Of a stretch of DNA of 64,000 nt, positions 1 through 10,057 are shown piece by piece (position 1 is the stretch's first letter; the number at the start of each line of letters is the position of its first letter). Position numbers and translations under genes: made by a program. Source of the DNA: an uncultured Acidimicrobiia bacterium (GTDB lineage: Bacteria > Actinomycetota > Acidimicrobiia > Spongiisociales > JAENVV01). Location of the stretch: positions 126,604 through 190,603 of the forward strand of contig CAWKAG010000034.1 of the NCBI GenBank assembly GCA_963847455.1, given 5' to 3'. The notes under the pieces were generated by a model. That model made no database searches, was not told the DNA's origin, and saw only the letters and a program-made list of their open reading frames with translations.

Positions 1-77
1 GGAGGAGTAATCGTCGGGCTTCAGTTTACGATTGCAGCGCTGATCATGGACCATCTCGGTGGACCCCGAGGAGGAGA

Positions 78-1227
78 GTGACCGAAGCGACACCCGTCGA
101 CCGGTCGACGGCCCGGAGCGGAGACACCAAACGCATTGGTGTCCTTGCGCTGCTGGTTGTCTTGTTTGCCGTTTCGGTGGTGGCTGCTTTGCGGGTCAAC
201 GAACAGTTCACACCAGACTCGCGGTATTACTCGCGCGATGGCATTCCACTACTCGGGCATGACCGAGGCGGAGGCCCGAGAGGCAACCGTGGAAGCCAAT
301 GAACTCCAGGGTTGGGAGACCCTGCCGACATCGTATCTCTTCGGGTGGGGTTTGGTTCAGCCACGAGTGATCTACCCCGCATTCTCGGCACCATTCGTCA
401 AACTGTTCGGACTGCCCGGAATGCTGGTCGTGCCGGTCCTGTCGATGCTCTTCCTGGTTGTGGCAGCATTTCGCGTGATCGACCGACATTTCGGTATTGC
501 CGCCGCACTTGGAGTTAGCTTGTTGGTCCTTTCGAGCCACTTCGTGTTCTATTGGGGAACGGCAATGCTGACGGAGGGTCCGGCGGCGGCTGTAGGAACC
601 GGGATTTTCCTCACCTTGCCGATTTGGGGTGAGCCTAGGAAGCGGTGGGATCTCCCCATCTGCGTCATTCTGCTGGCCGCCATGGCGTTCACCCGGCAGG
701 CGGCGTTGATCCCTGGGGCTGCGATCGTCGTAGCTGCGATGGGGTACACGGTGGCGTCTCGAAAACTATGGAATCGGTGGAGTCCATTTGCCCTATGGGC
801 GGTCGGAATGACAGGTGGTACCTATCTGTTGCAGGCGTATATCTGGCCGGGCTTTTCGATACGAACCCACTATTTCGACCGCGTTGCAGAGACGACTGAC
901 TTGGCGGAGGCCATTGCCGCCATTCCATCGGTGGCCTGGACGATCTTCGTGCGAGATATGGATCAGTTCATTTTCCGGGACCAAGCCCTGATGGTTTTGC
1001 TGGTCGTGGCTGCAGCGGCGCTAGTCGTTTCGTGGAAGCGGACCGAGGCGCACCTGCTCGCTGGCGCAGTCGGAGCGACGATGCTACTCAACATCCTCAA
1101 CGGAACACCGACCGCCTTCCGTTATGCGATGCCTGGCTTGATATTCTTCCTGGTCGCCGCTGGTTCTACGATCGGCAGCGCCGTGCGACGCGGTCAGCAG
1201 GGGGGCGGTGTAGATCAACATCCCTAG
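78..1227 (+). CDS. Polytopic integral membrane protein of unknown function, possibly a GT-C-like envelope glycosyltransferase or polymerase; the reading frame changes near nt 235
   Basis: The frame from 78 encodes an N-terminus with a TM helix (IGVLALLVVLFAVSVVAAL). The frame from 136 continues with more than 8 hydrophobic helices. The two frames join at about 235, with no stop codon between them. Confidence 0.4.
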
Positions 1228-1276
1228 GTTTCTTTCAACGGATTCGGACACTGCCTGGCTTAATCCGGCGAAGATT

Positions 1277-2294
1277 GTGGCCATTTGCGCCGTGGTGGCG
1301 ATCCATACCTTCGGGTACAACGCAGTCGTCGAGAACGCACGAGCCACCAAACTCGGGTTGGTCTCAATTGGTATCGATGCTGCCTCAGTGTTCTCGGTCC
1401 CGTTGTTTGTGATGATTAGCGGCGCGCTTCTCCTCGATCCCAAGCGGTTCACAGGAGCGACGAGCCTTTATGGGGAAGCGAACTCTCCGGCTCGTCCCCG
1501 CCCTCGTTTTCTGGCATGCATTCTATTTCTTCTTCCGTAAGTTCTACCTCGGCCAGGCGCTGGAGGTAGACGCGTATCTCGTCCAAACGATTGGCGGTCG
1601 CGCCTTCCAGGGCCTGTATTACTTCTGGCTCATTCTGGGCCTCGTTGCGGTTACCCCCATGTTGGCGCCTTGGGTCGCCCAGGCAAAAAAGCGAGATGTA
1701 GCGCTCGCTGGCTTGGCGATGGCTGCAATGCCGGTTTTGACTCTTGCAACCCACGCCCTCCGAGGAAGATCGGAAATCTGGGTGGAAACTGCCTGGACCT
1801 GGTGGATCTTCTACCTCGGCTTCTACCTTCTTGGCTGGGCTCTCCGGGATCTCGTTCTGTCGCGTGGTGCGACATTGTTGGGGCTGCTGGTAGTTGTCGC
1901 CATTGCGGGGCTTGAGACCTTTGCTTGGCGGAACCCTGCTGCGCCGCCCCAGTTGGTGAGATTGGTATCGGGCTATTACTCGCTGGCGACACTTGTCTAT
2001 ACCGGCCTTATCTTCTTGTTGATCCATTCACTGGCGATGTCGAGGCGACCCTTGCACTGGTCAATTAGCGGACGGACGGCCGGAGTGACCCAGAAGCTGG
2101 CTGGCGTCACGTTGGGTGTCTTCGGTGTGCATACGGCCATCATCCTGGTAGTGATCCGGACTGGAGTCCTCGGTGACGGCAACGCCGCTCCGGCATGGGA
2201 ACTCCTCCTCGCTCGCTACGTTCTGGTCGTGCTCGCGGCGTTCGCAATCTCTCTTTCGGTTCAGAGGATTCCGTTTCTCAACCGCGTCGTTTGA
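1277..2294 (+). pseudogene. Acyltransferase family 3 (OafA/YrhL-like O-acyltransferase), split into two overlapping frames
   Basis: The 5' frame (1277-1540) carries acyltransferase_3 N-terminal motifs VVAIHTFGY and VPLFVMISGALLL. The 3' frame (1470-2294) continues with about 8 further TM helices. The two frames overlap by 70 nt, so one indel near 1480-1540 would rejoin them. Confidence 0.65.
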
Positions 2295-2484
2295 TCGGGT
2301 GCAGTCTGGAGCGAGCTCCCTAGTGACACTGAGCCAAGTGCATTCTGGCGGTCGATCCTCCGCGGAGGCGCTGCTCGAGGGCCAGGATGTATAGTTCTCC
2401 GCGGTACTTACGCAAGGCCGCTCGGAGGTCGGATTACACAATGAGAAGCGCATGGCCTAGCTCCTCCGTGGATCCGTCGAACCG

Positions 2485-3759
2485 TTGAACGCCTACCGGA
2501 GGAGGGCCGTGGTGGGTTTATTTCGGCGTCTGGTTCCATCGGCTCGTGGCGACAAACTCTCGAGCGCCCTTGCTCCGTCGACCGAGGGTGAGGCGACTGG
2601 TACCAAACCGCAGGATGTCGACGCGATGGTGACCGACATGCGTGAGCGGCTCGACGTTTGGGTCGCGGAAGCGCGCCAGGCAACAGGGCGAGATGTGGTC
2701 CTGATGTTTTCAATGGAGCACATCTATGACCCGGCGAACCTCGATCGTCCAGCGCAATTGGCGGGGTCCCTACTCGAAGACGACTGCCCGGTGTTCTTCA
2801 ACTTCGACAAATGCGGTTTAGACGAACTCCCGTCGCATCGTCAGCCAGGGTTGATACAAAGTCACACTGACATAACGGCGCGGATCTTGCCGCAGGTTCT
2901 GGAAGCTGACTTCGGCGAGAAGAAAAAGGTGATGGTGATCGGCTCCCCACACGAACTGATGGTGCGGTACATCTCATATGCCGAGCAGCACGGATGGCGG
3001 ATCGCGTATGACGCCTACCAGGATTCGGAGGAGTCGGCTCGACTCAACGCGAACTTGCCATATCAGCTTGAGTACGAATGGTACATCTCAAGAAACGCCC
3101 ATATGGTCTCGGCCGTGTCCGGAGCGCTTGCCCAGAGGCTCGAAGTGATTTCGGGGCGAGAGGTTGCGGTCATACCGAACGCTCCCAGCCGAGGTCTCCT
3201 TCTGAAACCGCCCGCCAACGAAGCTGCTCAGTTTGTGGTTGGTTTCTTCGCAGGCGAGTCGGAGGACCTTACCGATTGGGAGCTTGTTCGGAGATGTGCT
3301 CGACGCTACCCGAATGTGCGGTTTGAGCTCGTCGGTGTTGGCAAAGCGATGGACCCCGAAGTGGCAAACGTCCGTTTGCTCGGACGTTTATCCAGCGACG
3401 AACAATCAGGGGTTATCTCACGATGGGGCGCCGGGATGGTTCCCTTCATATTCAGTCCGGCTTCCGAATGCGTCGATCCTGTCGCGTTGTATGACCTCGT
3501 CGCTTCGGGTCTGTCTGTTGTTACGTCTTACCTTCCGCAAGTACGCGGCCATCCAGGAGTCAAAGTCGCTGAATCTCCCGAGGAGTTCGTCGATTTGGTC
3601 GGCAGCCTCATCGAACAAGGGAACATTCGGCGGGATCCAGGCTCGGCTTGGATGGCTGCCAACAGTTGGACTAGCAGGCGCGGAATGCTCCGAGGCACGC
3701 TCGATCATGCCCCCCATCCGCGGCCAATGTTGGCATTCCTCACCGGCACCGTCCGATGA
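2485..3759 (+). CDS. Putative GT-B fold glycosyltransferase; the start may be the GTG at about 2508, just after a GGAGGA Shine-Dalgarno sequence
   Basis: The C-terminal half shows a GT1/GT4-like pattern (FVVGFFAG...RFELVGVG...GMVPFIFSPASECVDPVALYDLVASGLSVVTS). The stop codon overlaps the next gene's start (ATGA). Confidence 0.45.
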   Translation: MNAYRRRAVVGLFRRLVPSARGDKLSSALAPSTEGEATGTKPQDVDAMVTDMRERLDVWVAEARQATGRDVVLMFSMEHIYDPANLDRPAQLAGSLLEDDCPVFFNFDKCGLDELPSHRQPGLIQSHTDITARILPQVLEADFGEKKKVMVIGSPHELMVRYISYAEQHGWRIAYDAYQDSEESARLNANLPYQLEYEWYISRNAHMVSAVSGALAQRLEVISGREVAVIPNAPSRGLLLKPPANEAAQFVVGFFAGESEDLTDWELVRRCARRYPNVRFELVGVGKAMDPEVANVRLLGRLSSDEQSGVISRWGAGMVPFIFSPASECVDPVALYDLVASGLSVVTSYLPQVRGHPGVKVAESPEEFVDLVGSLIEQGNIRRDPGSAWMAANSWTSRRGMLRGTLDHAPHPRPMLAFLTGTVR

Positions 3760-4823
3760 AACGGAAGCTGCTCTTCGCGTATCGGTTTGGCGTGCTTGGC
3801 GGCGTGGCCACACAACTACTCAATCGATTTGCACAGTTTGCTGGCCGGTTCGACGTTCGAATCCTGTTTGAGCATGACCACGGCGTCGCAGGTCGTTTCC
3901 CGGCCGGGACGGCTATTGCCATCGGAAACTCGGCTGGTCGGGTCGCCCATATGCGGGAGTATGGAGCCGATATCACGGTGATTATCGACGCACCCAACAT
4001 GATCACGGACTGGCACCGGGCCGGCCGCGTTGGGCAGGCGATCTTGGAAGTCCATACAACCACCTCCAACTTCTCCTACTTGGACGAACTCACTGTCGAG
4101 TCCGGGATCAAGGGAATCATCACCGTCTCTGAATATATGGCCCGGATGGTGACGGCAACGCCAATCGGCGGCGGTGTACCGGTGCGCGTTGTGTCAAACT
4201 GCCTGACTGACGGATGGTTTGGACCTTGGCGACCTCCGGCGGAAACCCGGTCGATTCCGTTGGTCTGGGTTGGGAAACTTGATGGCCACAAGCGTGTTCT
4301 ATCCGCGCTTGACGTTGTGGGGCGAGTCCAGATGAGTTTGGCGGGAAACCCGGCGATCACGCCCGTTGTTATTGGTGGCTATTCGGCCGGCTCAGATCGG
4401 GTTCGCCACGTTCTCAGATCGATCCATGATCGATCGACTTTGCGGGACGTGGAATGGATGCCGCGAGTCGACTATTCGCTAATGCCTACCATTCTCCAGA
4501 ACGCCGGCCGTGCGGGCGGCGTCAGCCTGAGTACGACTCGCAACGAATCGTTTGGCATGTCCGTGGCAGAATCGATCGCATCGGGTTGTCGGGTCGCTGC
4601 ACCCTCGGTAGGCGCGTTGCCCGAGATTGTCCCAACGGAGATGCTGTACCCGGAGAACGACCTTGGTGCAGCCGTTGCGTTAACGTGCGACATGCTTCGT
4701 GACCCGGAGCTTCACAGACGAGAGCTGGCCGAGGCGCGTGACACGTTACGGATAACTATGTCTCCTTCTTCGACCTTGTCCCAGTTCAGTAGCGCGCTCA
4801 CCGCCTTCGGACTGGACCACTAG
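3756..4823 (+). CDS. Glycosyltransferase family 4 (GT1 superfamily)
   Basis: It has the canonical E-x7-E region NESFGMSVAESIASGCRVAAPSVGALPEIV. It is translationally coupled to the upstream GT. Confidence 0.75.
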   Translation: MKRKLLFAYRFGVLGGVATQLLNRFAQFAGRFDVRILFEHDHGVAGRFPAGTAIAIGNSAGRVAHMREYGADITVIIDAPNMITDWHRAGRVGQAILEVHTTTSNFSYLDELTVESGIKGIITVSEYMARMVTATPIGGGVPVRVVSNCLTDGWFGPWRPPAETRSIPLVWVGKLDGHKRVLSALDVVGRVQMSLAGNPAITPVVIGGYSAGSDRVRHVLRSIHDRSTLRDVEWMPRVDYSLMPTILQNAGRAGGVSLSTTRNESFGMSVAESIASGCRVAAPSVGALPEIVPTEMLYPENDLGAAVALTCDMLRDPELHRRELAEARDTLRITMSPSSTLSQFSSALTAFGLDH

Positions 4824-4827
4824 AACG

Positions 4828-5898
4828 ATGGCAGGCACGGTTCACATCGTAGGGGCGAGGCCGAATTTTATGAAGGCCGGACCGGTGATCGCGGCATGTC
4901 GAGAGCGCGGGCTTGAGTCGCACCTGGTCCACACCGGCCAGCATTATGACGTACGGATGTCGCAGATCTTCTTTGATGAGCTTGGCTTGCCTGTGCCCGA
5001 CATGAACCTGGGCGTTGGGTCGGGAAGCCACGCTGAACAAACCGCTGCCCTGTTGACTGGACTCGAAGCGGTCTTTCTCAAACTTGAGCCTGATCGAATT
5101 GTTGTGTATGGCGATATCAACTCGACATTGGCCGGTGCGCTTGTGGCGTCCAAAATGCAAATTCCGATCGGGCACGTAGAGGCTGGTCTGAGAAGCTTCG
5201 ACCGATCTATGCCCGAGGAAGTCAACCGGGTGGTTACAGATGCCCTGTCAGATCTGCATTTTGTGACCAGCGAAGAAGCGGTTGGCAATCTTGCCAGGGA
5301 GGGAATTCAGAGCGAAGGGGTCCACTTCGTCGGGAACCCGATGATCGATTCCTTGCTCAGATTTCGTGATTCGTTCGATACCGACGGAGTGCGAACCAGG
5401 TATGGGATTCCCGAGAGATATGCAGTGGCGACGCTCCATCGTCCGGCCAACGTCGACGATCCGCTGACGGCAGCCCGTCTCGTTGCCGGACTGGTGCGAG
5501 CGGCAGCGATCTTGCCGGTCGTCATGCCGCTCCATCCCCGGGGCCGAGCGGTCCTCGAGGAGCAGGGCCTTGGTGTGGTCCCGAACCTGCAGGTCGTCGA
5601 ACCGCTTGGTTATGTCGATTTCATGTCGCTCGTCGCCGGGGCGAGCGTGGTGTTGACCGACTCGGGTGGTATCCAAGAGGAGACCACGATTCTCCGAGTC
5701 CCGTGTCTCACCATGCGGCCAAATACCGAGCGTCCGATCACTGTAGAGCTCGGAACAAATCGGCTGGTCGGATCTGACCCGGATCTTGTTGAGCAGGGGG
5801 TTCTAGACGCTCTGGAACCATCCCGGCCCGTGGATGTCCCGCCGTTGTGGGATGGTCGCGCCGGGCAGAGAATTGCCGACGTCTTGGCGGCAGTCTGA
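4828..5898 (+). CDS. wecB: UDP-N-acetylglucosamine 2-epimerase (non-hydrolysing)
   Basis: The N-terminus HIVGARPNFMKAGPVIAA, the motifs HTGQHYD and DSGGIQEE, and the length (356 aa) all match the WecB/MnaA family. Confidence 0.9.
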   Translation: MAGTVHIVGARPNFMKAGPVIAACRERGLESHLVHTGQHYDVRMSQIFFDELGLPVPDMNLGVGSGSHAEQTAALLTGLEAVFLKLEPDRIVVYGDINSTLAGALVASKMQIPIGHVEAGLRSFDRSMPEEVNRVVTDALSDLHFVTSEEAVGNLAREGIQSEGVHFVGNPMIDSLLRFRDSFDTDGVRTRYGIPERYAVATLHRPANVDDPLTAARLVAGLVRAAAILPVVMPLHPRGRAVLEEQGLGVVPNLQVVEPLGYVDFMSLVAGASVVLTDSGGIQEETTILRVPCLTMRPNTERPITVELGTNRLVGSDPDLVEQGVLDALEPSRPVDVPPLWDGRAGQRIADVLAAV

Positions 5899-5936
5899 AC
5901 CGGAAACCCCCCGTCGCCGCGAAAGCCGGGCCAGTG

Positions 5937-6678
5937 CCTATTTGTTAGCGGCCTGCTGATAGGCGCCAACAACTTCAGCGGCTGGACCGAGGGCTCGGAT
6001 CTGGCCGTTTTCAAGCCAAAGCGCTCGATCGCAGAACTGGGCCACGCTAGCGAGGCTATGAGACACAAAAACGATGTGCCGGACCGCTCAAGGAGGTCTC
6101 GTCATCGCCTTGCATGCTCTTACCACGGAAGGATTCGTCGCCGACCGACAGGATCTCATCGAGCAACAGGATTTCTGGGTCGAGAGCCATGCCAACCGAG
6201 AAGGCGAGTCGCGAGAACATGCCCGTTGAGTACGTTTTGACGGGCCGCTCTATCGCGTCCTCCAGGCCGGCATAGCTGACGATGTCATCAAAGCGGCTGC
6301 TCGATATCTGCGCTTTTCGCATCCCGCCCGCAAGACCTCCGAGGTACACGTTCCTCCGACCGGACAGCTCTGGGTTGAATCCAACACCGAGCTGCAGCAG
6401 GGTCGACGTTGTGCCGTTCGAGCACCGCCTTACCTTCGTCCGGGCGTAGGGTGCCCGGCCAGTACTCGGAGCAGCGTGCTCTTCCCTGCCCCATTCCGAC
6501 CGATTACGCCGAAGGCCTCACCAGGGTCCACGCGAAACGAGACGTCCGTGAGGGCGAGTACCTCGGCGGTCTCGCGGTGGCGCAGGCGGCCCAGGCTTCG
6601 GCGGACGGTCGGCTTTCGGTCGACATATGGTCGGAAGCGGACGCTGACGTTTTCGACCAAGATGGCCGGACGGCTCAC
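5937..6678 (-). pseudogene. ABC transporter ATP-binding protein of the polysaccharide/teichoic-acid exporter type (Wzt/TagH/KpsT-like); at least 3 frame changes are needed to read it
   Basis: Walker A ([16 protein letters not shown]) is in frame 6430-6678. [12 protein letters not shown] is in a second frame. GFNPELSGRRNVYLGG, the signature YSTGMFSRL and Walker B (LLLDEILSVGD) are in frame 6056-6349. The C-terminus (CDRALWLENGQIRALGPAAEVVGAYQQAANK) is in a further frame ending at 5937. Confidence 0.8.
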
Positions 6679-7499
6679 AGGTGCCTCACAATCCGGCTCT
6701 CGTACTTGATGAACGTCCCAACGCCGACCAACCCGACGATGACAGCAGTTATCGCGGATGTAAGAAACAGGCCGGGCTCAAGGGGATCACCCGAGCAGGG
6801 CCGCTCGGTAGACACCAACGATGCTCCACATCGGGTTCAAGAGCATCACTTTCTGGATCGGTCTCGGACAGGTTCTCCATGAACTCGATCGGCCAGATGA
6901 TCGGGCTGAGATAGAGCCAGAGCCTGTTGATGTAGGGCAGGATGTTGTTGATGTCGCGAAACGGAACGGCCAGCCGTGCGGTGAGCGCACTCAGCCCGAG
7001 GTTGAAGACAAGATGGGCAGGAACGATGAAAAGGATGAGCCAGAAATGGTTGTTCAGGTTCGCCGAACCCTCCCGGAATCGCTACGGCGTAGAGGACGAC
7101 CAACGACGCGAGGAAACCCACGCCTGCTTCGATGAGGTTGGCGATGGGGAGAATCAGGCGGGGGAATTTGATGTTGGCAAGCAGTTTCGAGTTCTGGAGG
7201 ATGCTGTTGGCCCCTCCCGTCATGGCCTGACTGGTGAAATGGAAAACGAACATACCTGAGAGCAAGTAACTCAGGTCCCGATCTGACGCGAAGAGGATGC
7301 CAAAGACCAGGTAGTACACGAGGCCCAGGAGCAGTGGGTTGATCACCCACCAGAGGAGCCCCAACGCCGTTGAGGCGTTCCTTGCCTTCAGGTTGCCCAT
7401 CGCCAGATACCAGGCGAATTCGCGGCGGCTCCATAAGCTGCGAAAATAGGTGCTCGTCCGCGCCAAGCGCGATCGGCTTTGTGTGAGGAGGGCAGACAT
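6675..7499 (-). pseudogene. ABC-2 type polysaccharide exporter permease (Wzm/TagG/KpsM-like); at least 2 frame changes
   Basis: The N-terminal 150 aa match an ABC-2 permease (FRSLWSRREFAWYLAMGNLKARN...WWVINPLLL). The frame then degenerates after VLYAVAIPGG. The conserved C-terminus LLNPMWSIVGVYRAALLG and the final [38 protein letters not shown] lie in two other frames. The stop codon overlaps the ATPase GTG start. Confidence 0.7.
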
Positions 7500-7565
7500 A
7501 GCTTGAGCATTGTAGGAGCACGTACCGCTCGAACGCGAAATCGCTTGGGCGAACTGCCCGGCCCG

Positions 7566-8804
7566 TTAGGCCTGGATTACCCGGAGTACCTCGTCTACTC
7601 GATCTGAATACGTTTGCCCTTCGGCTATCCAGGCCGGGCCGCGCTCGGCGGCAGCATCAAGCACCGTCGGGTCCGACAAACCCTGGCTGATCAGATGGTG
7701 TGCTTCGTTGGCGTTCGAGGCGACCTGTACGAGTCCGTGAGGGACGTAGGTGCCAAGGGCGGCGGAAGGTCCGCTCACCACATATGCACCGCACGCCAGG
7801 AGTTCGAAGATCCGCCTCGAGCACATGGTCGTGCTGGCAGTCACGCTGTTGACGTTTAGGGCCACCTTGTAGCGGCGATACATCTCCACGGTTTCGAGAT
7901 ACGTCAGGCGCCCTCGAACGTGCGGTTGGTACTTGGCGGGCCAGGCGAACCGACTGTCGGTGCCTCCAAACCGGTCGAAGATGTCGAGATCGAAAGCGAG
8001 TGCAGGCGCGATGATCAACTCCATCTGAGCGCGGCGGTCGGGGAGTTTGGCGGCGTAGTAGCCGCCTGCGAAAGCCACGCCTTCGGTGCGCTGACTGAGG
8101 GAAGCCGGGGGGTAGTGGAGGCTGGGTTGGGCAGCGAAGGGAAGCAGGCTGACCGGTATTCCTGGAACATGACGTTCATACCGTTCGAGGCTGTCCAGGT
8201 CCACGGTGAATATGTAGTCGAACAGCCGGGCCGTCTCGATGAATATTTCGAAGTTGCTTGGATCTTCCTTGTTCCAGAACACCGTCGGAATGTTGTGTCG
8301 CTTGCACCACCCGACGACCTCTTGAAGGGTCGCCGAGCTGCTGCCGAACCTGGCAAGTTCCCCGGCCCAGCCACCGCCTGCTCCGCTAAAGGCGCTTTCG
8401 ACAAAGAGCATCTCGGGCTGATGCGCTTCCAGATTTGATAGCCAATTCTCTCGGCTCAGGTTAACCATGGACCATTCCGGCCCGAATGTCTGCTCAGTGA
8501 ATTCGTCGACGATCGCCGCGACGCGAACTGATCGTCTCGGGGGAGCCGTCTCAGCATCATCGGGATCAGCCACGGCCGGGCGGTCGTCAGCCGCCGGCTC
8601 CGCATCAGATTTGCGGAAGCGTGATCGGCGTTCACTCCGAGCTGCCTCCAGCCTGTTGCGCAGCGTTTCTCGGTCTGCTTCCAGTTTGCGGATCCGATCT
8701 CGCTGTGCGGCGTTTTTAGCCGCAAGCGCATCGATGTGACTTTGCAGCTGGGCCAAGTATTCGGCTGCACGCTCGGTGGACATGTCCGAGAGGGGATCGC
8801 TCAT
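7566..8804 (-). CDS. CgeB-family glycosyltransferase (DUF3880 + Glyco_trans_1_2) with an N-terminal coiled-coil
   Basis: The N-terminal 80 aa are a heptad-rich coiled coil. VFWNKEDPSNFEIFIETARLFDYIFTVD and the C-terminal FELLACGAYVVS match the CgeB spore-maturation-protein-like family. It ends with an ATG start at 8804. Confidence 0.6.
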   Translation of the reverse strand: MSDPLSDMSTERAAEYLAQLQSHIDALAAKNAAQRDRIRKLEADRETLRNRLEAARSERRSRFRKSDAEPAADDRPAVADPDDAETAPPRRSVRVAAIVDEFTEQTFGPEWSMVNLSRENWLSNLEAHQPEMLFVESAFSGAGGGWAGELARFGSSSATLQEVVGWCKRHNIPTVFWNKEDPSNFEIFIETARLFDYIFTVDLDSLERYERHVPGIPVSLLPFAAQPSLHYPPASLSQRTEGVAFAGGYYAAKLPDRRAQMELIIAPALAFDLDIFDRFGGTDSRFAWPAKYQPHVRGRLTYLETVEMYRRYKVALNVNSVTASTTMCSRRIFELLACGAYVVSGPSAALGTYVPHGLVQVASNANEAHHLISQGLSDPTVLDAAAERGPAWIAEGQTYSDRVDEVLRVIQA

Positions 8805-8887
8805 GGTTGAACAGTGTAGGAACGGAATCGGCGTCGAACGGACTTCGCCTAGGTCAAGCCTTGTGTCTATTGTGCCGATGGGTATTC

Positions 8888-10057
8888 ATGGACGGACGAA
8901 CCAAACGACCGCACGCGCTGGTCGGCCTGTTTCTTGTCGTGCTGCTCGCCATACCACAGGCGGCGTTTGCGACAGGATCGGCTTATGCGCCTGCTGGACT
9001 CAACGAAGACAATGGCATCTACGAGATGTACTTCCCGGTCATCGGTGATGTGAACTACTCCGACTCGTTCGGAGCTCCCCGCTCGTCAGGTCGTACGCAT
9101 GAAGGCAACGACCTCATGGGCTACAAGATGCAGCCGGTTATTGCGGTCGCAGATGGAACCGTCGGTGGGATCTATCCGGAACCGGGCGGCTGGTTTCAGG
9201 GCGAGGGATCATGCTGCGCCATGACCCTTGAGCATGACGACGGCTGGTCGTCCTGGTACATCCATCTCAACAACGACACCGAAGACACTGACGACGGACT
9301 GGGATGGGGATTCGCCGAGGGCATTGCCCCCGGCGTACACGTGGTCGCTGGACAACTCATCGGGTGGATCGGCGATAGTGGGAACGCTGAAGCCTGTAAC
9401 TGCCCCCACGTGCACTTCGAGCTTCGCACCCCCGACGGAACCGCGATCGATCCGTACCCACACCTCCAGGCTGCCACCGTGCTGACGGAGGCCGGCGGGG
9501 ATCCAGTCGATCATGGGGTCTTTCGAGATGATGATGGATCGGTCCATGAGCTGAACATCAATGCCCTTGCCAACCGGGGGATCACCAAGGGGTGCAACCC
9601 GCCTGACAACGACCGGTTTTGCCCCACCCGCCAGCTGACCCGCGGCGAAATCGCCGCTTTCCTCCGGCGATTCCTAGCGCTTCCGGCCACGGAGGTCGAC
9701 TACTTCGTAGACGATGGAACGTCGATGTTCGAGGGCGACATCAACGCCCTTGCGGAGGCAGGTATCGCGTTCGGGTGTTCGGAGGAGGATTACTGTCCGA
9801 ACGCTCCACTGCGACGCGAAGAGATGGCGGAACTGTTGACCCGAACGTTCGGGTTCGCCGTGCCGGACGGCGCCGACAGCTTCAACGATGACGATGCCAG
9901 CCAGTTTGCGGGTTCTATCGAGGCGATTGCCGCGGTTGGTGTGACCCTGGGCTGCAACCCACCTGAGAATGATCGTTTCTGCCCGCAACGAACCCTGATC
10001 CGGGCTGAAATGGCCTCGTTCATGATGCGGGCCATCAACCTGCAGGAAACCGGTTAG
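8888..10057 (+). CDS. Secreted M23 (LytM-type) metallopeptidase with three C-terminal Cys-containing SLH-like repeats
   Basis: It has a signal peptide (MDGRTKRPHALVGLFLVVLLAIPQAAFA) and M23 motifs (HEGNDL, HVHFEL). It carries three repeats, F-x-DD-x-GS-x-HE-x-I-x-A-x-A-x-x-GI-x-GCNPP-x-NDRFCP-x-x-x-TRGE-AAFL. Confidence 0.8.
   Translation: MDGRTKRPHALVGLFLVVLLAIPQAAFATGSAYAPAGLNEDNGIYEMYFPVIGDVNYSDSFGAPRSSGRTHEGNDLMGYKMQPVIAVADGTVGGIYPEPGGWFQGEGSCCAMTLEHDDGWSSWYIHLNNDTEDTDDGLGWGFAEGIAPGVHVVAGQLIGWIGDSGNAEACNCPHVHFELRTPDGTAIDPYPHLQAATVLTEAGGDPVDHGVFRDDDGSVHELNINALANRGITKGCNPPDNDRFCPTRQLTRGEIAAFLRRFLALPATEVDYFVDDGTSMFEGDINALAEAGIAFGCSEEDYCPNAPLRREEMAELLTRTFGFAVPDGADSFNDDDASQFAGSIEAIAAVGVTLGCNPPENDRFCPQRTLIRAEMASFMMRAINLQETG

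Noticed and set aside
6288-6494. 68-aa ORF between the two halves of the ABC ATPase
   Set aside because: It is not an independent gene. It encodes the [12 protein letters not shown] segment of the ATPase in a shifted frame.
9196-9547. Two minus-strand ORFs (93 and 112 aa) inside the M23 peptidase gene
   Set aside because: They are antisense shadow ORFs within a well-supported CDS.
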